Shown here: piece after piece, positions 60,123-64,000 of the stretch
Position numbering within the stretch: the stretch's first letter is position 1
How the letters are laid out: each line of letters begins with the position of its first letter
Made by a program: the position numbers and the translations under genes
The notes under the pieces: model-generated
Seen by the model: the letters and a program-made list of their open reading frames with translations, nothing else
Told to the model about the DNA's origin: nothing
The model's database searches: none
Origin: Octopus vulgaris
Lineage: Eukaryota
Reading direction: 5' to 3'
DNA length: 64,000 nt
Assembly (NCBI GenBank): GCA_951406725.2
Contig: OX597827.1
Coordinates: 31,000,001-31,064,000, forward strand

Positions 60123-60529
60123 TTATTTATATATATATTTATTTATATATATATGTATATACACATGCATTAGAATTTTCTCTGATTTTTCAGATTTTTG
60201 TATGCTAGGCTACTGGTTTTAAATTGATATTAATTAAATTAATATTCAATTTATCTCCCTCATTATTTAAATATATATTTATATATATATGTATATATAT
60301 TAATATGTATAGAAATAATGATGCAGATAAGCATGATTAGTCTTGACATATAAATACAGAGATATATAGATACATATGACTACATATATTTAGAAGATAA
60401 AGAGTTTGGGATTTAAGTTCAAATCATTAGAGTACTATCTTGTGTTTTCTATACTAAGCATATCTAGCATTCACCTCTTTACTGTAATCATATCTGTATG
60501 TGTGTGTGTGTATATACTCTAATCTTTCA

Positions 60530-60892
60530 TCCTCTGACACAAATTACCCTCCTCAAATGCCCACCCCCTCTCAAAATTCCTTGTCTTGCAAGTTACTTGG
60601 TTACCCTGCAAGTGCTGGTGCCTTGTAAAAAGCATCCAGTCCACATTGTAAAGTGGTTGGCATTTGGAAGGGCATCGAGCTGTAAAAATCTTGCCAAAAC
60701 TAACCTCGATTGTGCAAGTGCCACATAAAAAGCACTGCATTCACTCTGCAGAGTGGTTGGTGTTAGGAAGGGCATCCAGCCATAAAAAACCTTGTCAAAA
60801 TAGACACAGTAGCCTGGGATAGTTTTCTACCTTGCTGGCTCCTGTCAACCATCCTGCCCATGCATAGAAGATAGACTTTAAATGATGATGAC
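60530..60892 (+). mobile_element. Old RTE-related 3' end
   Basis: Two copies of agtggttggc..ggaagggcatc; gat tail. Confidence 0.6.
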
Positions 60893-61474
60893 AACAATCA
60901 CACACACACACACACACACACACAACTATTTATGTACATAAACATATATACATACACTCACAGTCAGTGAATTGCCAATAATCAACCCAAGAAATTATCA
61001 AAAATATCCAAAATGATCAAATTAAGAGAAATCCAAAATGGAAATTTCTTCAGGAACCTTTACAGATATCAATTTGATGTCTCCAACTGAAGCTGGTTCT
61101 TAAAAGGAAATATAATCCTATGACATTCTGTACAGAGAATGCTATTGGAAAATAAAAAAAAAAAGTCTCTAGCATGCAACAAAACTCATTCAATAAGCTT
61201 TTCATGAACTGTTTTATTCTTCAAAATAAATTCAAGTCAGGATTAACTGATTGATCCATCTGTGTAAAGATTATTGTCATTGATAATCACTGATATGCCA
61301 TGGAAGGTTACAGATATGCGTGTGTGTTAAATGTGCGCATGTATATAAATGCATGCATGAATGCATCCATACATATTTATGTAGACCTTGCTGGAATTTG
61401 AGCTCAGAGCCTGAAGTCAGATGAAATGTCACTAAGCATTTCACACAGCCTGCTAAAGATTCTGCCAGCTTGCC

Positions 61475-61538
<64 letters not shown>

Positions 61539-61721
61539 CATATATATATATAAGTTGAAGCACCTATGTGTTACAAGCTACTCTAATAATAGAATTGTAG
61601 TCTGTTCTCTTAGCCATTTCTGCTAAAATAGCAACAACATGAATTTCTTCCATCCTCTTGCTCTTTTAGAATATTTAAGAAAAGTTATATTTATGTATCT
61701 TGTCTGTTGAAGTTCCATATT

Positions 61722-61797
61722 TGTGCAACTGAAGATAGCGCTGTATTTAAATTGATGCATTGTTCAATTAAATGCAGCCACTTGAAATGGTTGTACA
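61722..61797 (+). ncRNA. Degenerate hammerhead motif with long helix II
   Basis: tgtgcaa CTGAAGA ..gctgtattta..taaatgcagc.. GAAA tgg ttgtaca; helix III eroded. Confidence 0.4.
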
Positions 61798-61836
61798 GCA
61801 TTACTACTTGAAATCCTGTTACTTATTTTGATATAT

Positions 61837-62363
61837 CATCATCATCATCATCATCATCATCATTTTTTAACGTCCACTTTCCATGCTAGCATGGGTTGGA
61901 CTGTTTGACTGGGGGGTGGCAAACCAGATGGCAGCACCAAGCTTCAATCTGATCTGGCAGAGTTTCTAGAGCTGGATGCCCTTCATAACGCCAACCACTC
62001 CGAGAGTGTAATGGGTGCTTTTACATGGCACCGGCACGTGGGTCAGTCAGGCAGCACTGGCAACGACCTCGCTCGAATGTTTTTCACATGCCACTGGCAC
62101 GAATGCCAGTAAGGTGATGCTGGTAACGATCACGTTTGAATGATGCTTTTTGCATGCCACTGGCACGGAAGCCAGTCAGCTGCTCTGGTAGTGATCACGC
62201 TCAGATGGTGCTCTTAGCGCTTCACTGGCATGGGCGCTAGTAATTGAATTTGTGAATTTGATTTGATTGCGATTTCACTTGCCTCAACAGGTCTTCGCAA
62301 GCAGAGTTTAGTGTCCAATGAAGGAAAGGTACGCATAAGTGGTTTAGTTACACACCTGGCATA
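61837..62363 (-). mobile_element. RTE 3' UTR with (GAT)n tail
   Basis: Matches 50170-50815. Confidence 0.85.
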
Positions 62364-63356
62364 GGTCATGGGTTATGGTCTCACTTGGTTTGCCGGGTCT
62401 TCTCATAGACCACGGGATATGGTCTCACTTGGTTTGCCCGGTCTTCTCATAGGCCATGGGTTATGGTCTCACTTGGTTTGCTGGGTCTTCTCATAGGCAA
62501 CAGGTTATGGTCTCACTTAGTTTGCCGGGTCTACTCACAGACCACGGGTTATGGTTTCACTTGGTTTGCCGGTCTTCTTATAGACCACGGGTTATGGTCT
62601 CACTTGGTTTGCCAGGTCTTCTCATAGATCACAGGTTATGGTCTCACTTGGTTAGCCAGGTCTTCTCATAGACCACAGGTTATGGTCACACTTGGTTTGC
62701 CAGGTCTTCTCATTGGCCACGGGTCATGGTCTCACTTGGTTTGCCGGGTCTTCTCATAAACCACGGGTAGACCATGGGTTATGGTCTCACTTGGTTTGCC
62801 GGGTCTTCTCATAGACCACGGGTTATGGTCTCACTTAATTTGCCGGGTCTTCTCATAGACCATGGGTTATGGTCTCATTTAGTTTGCCGGGTCTTCTCAT
62901 AGACCACAGGTTATGGTCTCACTTGGTTTGTCAGGTCTTCTCATAGACCACGGATTATGGTCTCACTTGGTTTGCCGGGTCTTCTCATAGACCATGGGTT
63001 ATGGTCTCACTTGGTTTGCCGGGTTTTCTCATAGACCACGGGTTATGGTCTCACTTGGTTTGCCGGGTCTTCTCATAGACCATGGGTTATGGTCTCACTT
63101 GGTTTGCCGGGTTTTCTCATAGACCACGGGTTATGGTCTCACTTGGTTTGCCGGGTCTTCTCATAGACCATGGGTTGTGGTCTCACTTCGTTTGCCCGGT
63201 CTTCTCATAGACCACGGGTTATGGTCTCATTTTGTTTGCTGGGTCTTGTCATAGACCATGGGTTATGGTCTCACTTGGTTTGCCGGGTCTTCTGATAGAC
63301 CATGGGTTGTGGTCTCACTTGGTTTGCCAGTCCTTCTCATAGGCCACAGGTTATGG
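62364..63356. repeat. 44-bp minisatellite, ~22 copies, derived from the RTE stop-codon region
   Basis: Unit gggttatggtctcacttggtttgccgggtcttctcatagaccac; period 44 (e.g. 62821 to 62865). Confidence 0.95.
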
Positions 63357-63529
63357 TACTTGAGCTGAGGCACCACAATTTAGTACGGTATTATCCATAC
63401 AATTTCTAATCGCCTTATATATATATATATATATATACAAAATGAGAAAATGGAGAAACATGCCTAAATCAATCATCAACCATCAGATAATACCCAATCA
63501 ATACTTTATTAAACTATATATATATATAG

Positions 63530-63696
63530 AGGCACACAGGAAAGGTTGTGAGGTAAGAAGCTTGCTTCCCAACCACATGGTTCTGGGTTTAGTTCCACTG
63601 CATGGCAGATTGGGCAAGTGACTTCTACTACAGCCTCAGGCCAACCAAAGCTTTGTGAGAGGATTTGGTAGACAGAAACTGAAAGAAGTCTGTCGT
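63530..63696 (+). mobile_element. tRNA-derived SINE 5' half
   Basis: Same family as 32616. Confidence 0.8.
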
Positions 63697-63714
63697 ATAT
63701 ATATATATATATAT

Positions 63715-64000
63715 AATAAATATTAGGGAATAAATCCAAATTTACAGGGAAAAAATCAGATTTAGGATTAAATCTAATTTTATAGTAAAATATTATAAAA
63801 TATTATTAGAGACAAAACCACTATTTTGCAAAACAAACAAGGAAAGACTTAATCAATACATAAAATTTTAATAAATAGTCAAAAAAACCGCCACTACAAT
63901 TGTTTCTTGTCTTGATCGACAATCTTCAGGTCAAGACAAGAAACAATTGTAGTGGCGGTTTTTTTTTCTATTTATTAAAATTTTATGTATTGATTAAGTC
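63715..64000 (-). mobile_element. Fold-back PLE-like 3' end (right arm runs off the window)
   Basis: 63846-63915 is inverted at 63931-64000; hammerhead at the turn. Confidence 0.75.
63891..63931 (-). ncRNA. Type-I hammerhead ribozyme, canonical core, helix I truncated
   Basis: Minus strand: ac CTGAAGA ttgtc gatcaa gacaa GAAA caattg TA gt. Confidence 0.72.

Noticed and set aside
62364-63356. CRISPR-like regular array
   Set aside because: Head-to-tail 44-bp units with no unique spacers, no cas genes, eukaryotic context, and the unit derives from RTE.

Overview
Eukaryotic, AT-rich, repeat-saturated genomic DNA, most likely from an octopus/coleoid cephalopod (inferred from the SINE, RTE, Dong and microsatellite repertoire). 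The only clear host gene is PRADC1 (+ strand, four coding exons at 22.5-30.9 kb with consistent splice phases). The rest is mostly mobile DNA: RTE, CR1-group, Dong/R4 and Tx1/L1-group LINEs, Penelope-like elements (PLEs) with GIY-YIG domains, Tc1/mariner relics, tRNA-derived SINEs, MITE/Helitron-like pieces and long (TA)n arrays that create hundreds of spurious YI-repeat ORFs. The most notable signal, found by eye, is about 11 minimal type-I hammerhead ribozyme motifs from about 8 unrelated sequence families. They have palindromic helix III and core variants (U3-A8 covariation, C4, G3). Most sit in fold-back PLE insertions whose 3' ends point outward into (TA)n, and one sits in a ~560-nt circularly permuted, retrozyme-like non-coding unit. 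Family assignments come from motif recognition, not database searches; repeat boundaries are approximate.
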